DNA of 64,000 bases. Origin: Takakia lepidozioides. Taxonomy: Eukaryota; Plantae; Bryophyta. The notes below the pieces were generated by a model. That model was not told the DNA's origin. It ran no database searches and was given only the letters and a program-made list of their open reading frames with translations. Each line of letters opens with the position of its first letter. Within the stretch, counting starts at the first letter, position 1. Of the stretch, positions 61,353 through 64,000 are shown in pieces. A program made the translations under genes and the position numbers. The DNA is taken from positions 60,636,001 through 60,700,000 of the forward strand of contig CM060733.1 in the NCBI GenBank assembly GCA_030704615.1. Direction: 5' to 3'.

Positions 61353-64000
61353 TCAGTACACTCGGACTGAGTTGGGTCCTTGCCAGTCTCTGAAACACAT
61401 GCGCATCCTCTCATCATAATCCCAGAGCCCAGAAGCAATCTGTCTCTTCAACTTCTTCCGTCTTGAATTGATCCAGTTGTTGTGCAATATCTGGCACCCC
61501 TGCTCCCTGCATGCTTCTCTGACATTCTCTCTCTCCCATAGCCTCCCTGAGGCCCCATTTGGGAATCTTTTCGTATCCAAAAAGTGCACCGTGACATTGG
61601 TCTCAGGCTCAAAACATTGGGAATCACCCACCCTGTTCTCCCCTCCCTCGCCACACAGGACGTCATAGAAACTTGGCTGCTCAGACTTGTCTGTGGTCAA
61701 AGCATGGCTGACTATCTTTTCAAAAGCTGCTACAGTGGCTTTGTCTGACCATGCAAAGTAAAATCCTGAATTGAGGCGTCGAGGCACATTCAATGGCTCT
61801 GCAATGTCAAAGAACTGCATTAGAGAGATACAAAACATATAATGAGAAAATGATTGCCTTAACCAGAAACGATCTTAAAGAGGCCAATCACTATAGGGAT
61901 TAGGATCAAATACTTACCAGTTTCATTCCACTGATCACTTTGCGCCACAAGCGTTCCCGGCCCATATGACATCAGATCTTTGATGGGATTCTGCACAAAG
62001 TTGCAGAAAACTTTCACTCCATGTAAAGCATTTCTATCCTTTGTGTAACCATTTGCAAGAGAAGAATGAAAAAGGCCCTGAGGACATGGCACAAAGTAGA
62101 ACAATAAAGAAAATGGGTCTGATTCTGCATGCTGCATCGGCAAGGGAGATGACTAGGTCCACTTGCAACAGTCAATATGGTTCCAAAACTGTCAGCATTG
62201 TTGTGGACTACAACATTGCACGAAAAGAAGATTTGTGGGTGGAACCCACAAACAACAAGTTATTCAGCAAATGTCTAGAAAGAAGGAAAGATTACTGCAC
62301 CTGAAACCAGTAGACATCAACATCACTTAAGAGAACATTATAGCCGAGGTGCAGAAGGTGCAAAACTGTGCGGGACTTTGTCTTTGTGACATCTTGGAAG
62401 CACTTGGTCCCGAAGTGGCAGTTGTCACGGCTCATATTAACGTTGTGGACCCCCTTGATAACTGGCAAACCCTGCTCCTCTACCACAATTAGAGATCAGA
62501 GAAAGAATATGGACATTCTGTCAACAGGTTGTATCTGTTTAAGTTGGTACCTTGAGCTTCAGCCTGTTGGAATTGTTCCTTTGTGAGTGGTCTCAGAAAT
62601 TATTGAATCGGCATCAGACCTCCATTACAACAGGTTGCATGTTTGCTCACATGCAAACAAGAAATTAATTACTAGACTATTCCGAGCAACTATCCGAGGG
62701 CAACATTGACTCTGGCAAAACCCAAAAGCTTGCTTCTTACCGTTGAATGGAATGAGGTCAGTTCAACTTGTACGTGAATGTAAAAAGAACAAAAGCATGG
62801 TACTTGGTCCTGATCCTGAACAAACATGGAATCATGCTTTCAAGGACCGGCTTCTAAACATATTCCAGGATGTGTATCCCATTGAGGCACAGACGCTGGC
62901 AAAATAAAAGTAACGAGTCTTAACAAAAAATTAAATTCTTTTTTGAAAATAGAGTCTTACCTGAAGGACAGCATACTGATAGAGCTCTTCATCCAGGGCA
63001 GAGACAAGAAAATTGAAGATCTTGAGGCGCTGAAGCCGGCAAGCCCAACTCATGAGCATGTCTCTGTAGTTGTTTCCGACAACAGCCAAGACCACAACGT
63101 GGTCTGCGCTGGCCATCCTTGCGACCAATGCTTCCGAAGAGAAAGGTAACCATAGCTGAGAGATCCTCGCTCCCTGGCTCTTCACGTTTAGGCAGTCTAT
63201 TTCTTTCGTGTGTGCCATTATGCTCTGCTGGCAGAGCAGTGCTTGCCCCCTTTGAGGAAGGAAGGCAGACCCCAGCCACTGCCATAATGTGAACCCACCT
63301 GCTGCATTTTAGACAGGTAAGAGATGGCAAAAAGGATTATGCATTCAATGCTGACCATGTCTGCAGGCTTTGAACGATTCCAAACCAAATGCTGATATTA
63401 GGTGTGGAACGGGAACCACCATCATACCAGCAGTGACAAGCCAAGACATATTTCCACCATGACGGCAGAAACTAACAATCTACTAAAAACGAAAGTACAA
63501 ACTTGTCAGGTTCCTTTGCCCCTCTTTGCCACATGGTAGGGGTGGATCGTCCCCAGTTTGCTCAACTATATGCCTACACAAGACCAATGAAAGCTTACCA
63601 TGGGTCGAACCAAACTCTCCTGCTTTCCTGATAGCCTTCTCGGTGGCCGGCAAGCAAGCTCCAGACAGCTCAGACGTATTGTAAAAACAAAGCATCTGCT
63701 GGAATGAGTTGCCACATTTCACTAACTTCAAAGGTATGCTCGAGTAAGCAGCCGGCCGGTAGTAGTAAGTGCCATATTGCATCACTAGATTAGTGTTTCC
63801 TGCTGCATCCCACAGTCTTGCCTCCACACCATCACCTGAAATCAAAGTCTTTATTGAAGGCCCAAAAGTTCCTTTTCAAAAACACGAATAACTATATCGG
63901 CAGTGAGTTATCAAAAAGCATTGTGAAGGAGGGGGATGAGAATTCCTACAGCAACAAACTCAACCTCTTCCCTCAACCAGTGGATTACACATACCCATCA
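61353..64000 (-). CDS. RAY1: GT77 beta-arabinofuranosyltransferase RAY1-like, 3' part (5' end beyond window)
   Basis: YRDMLMSWACRL, CHFGTKCFQDVTKTKSR, LLSDVDVYWF (DxD), AQSD, PRRLNSGFYFA, SEQPSFYDVLCG, FPNGA, HNNW. Confidence 0.88.

Overview
Intron-containing land-plant nuclear DNA; the gene and repeat style suggests a non-seed plant such as a bryophyte (inference). Host genes: a divergent CDC48C/NVL AAA+ ATPase (minus, runs off the left edge), a CYP704-type P450 present as an inverted pair (pseudogene 6356-9280 +, intact copy 36975-39795 -), MEMO1 and SEC11 head-to-head, and the 3' part of RAY1. Between the two P450 copies lies about 26 kb of nested mobile DNA: one dUTPase-bearing Ty3/Gypsy element split by two large cargo-carrying insertions. 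Insertion A (about 10951-25479) holds an FCP1-like pseudo-phosphatase, a hAT transposase, an intronless protein kinase, palindromic repeat arrays and foldbacks. Insertion B (about 26120-33132) holds a SWIM zinc-finger gene and a spliced, bacterial-type beta-class N6A/N4C DNA methyltransferase; the methyltransferase's SAM-binding exon was flipped by a 1.8-kb inversion that also cut the Gypsy pol. A second dUTPase Gypsy with two LTRs sits at 42114-47946, and its LTR end is antisense to its own gag. Solo LTRs, two tRNA-derived SINEs and a MITE are also present. The best candidate for an undescribed system is the transposon-borne amino-methyltransferase/SWIM element, followed by the hAT-kinase-phosphatase element. 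All alignments were done by eye.
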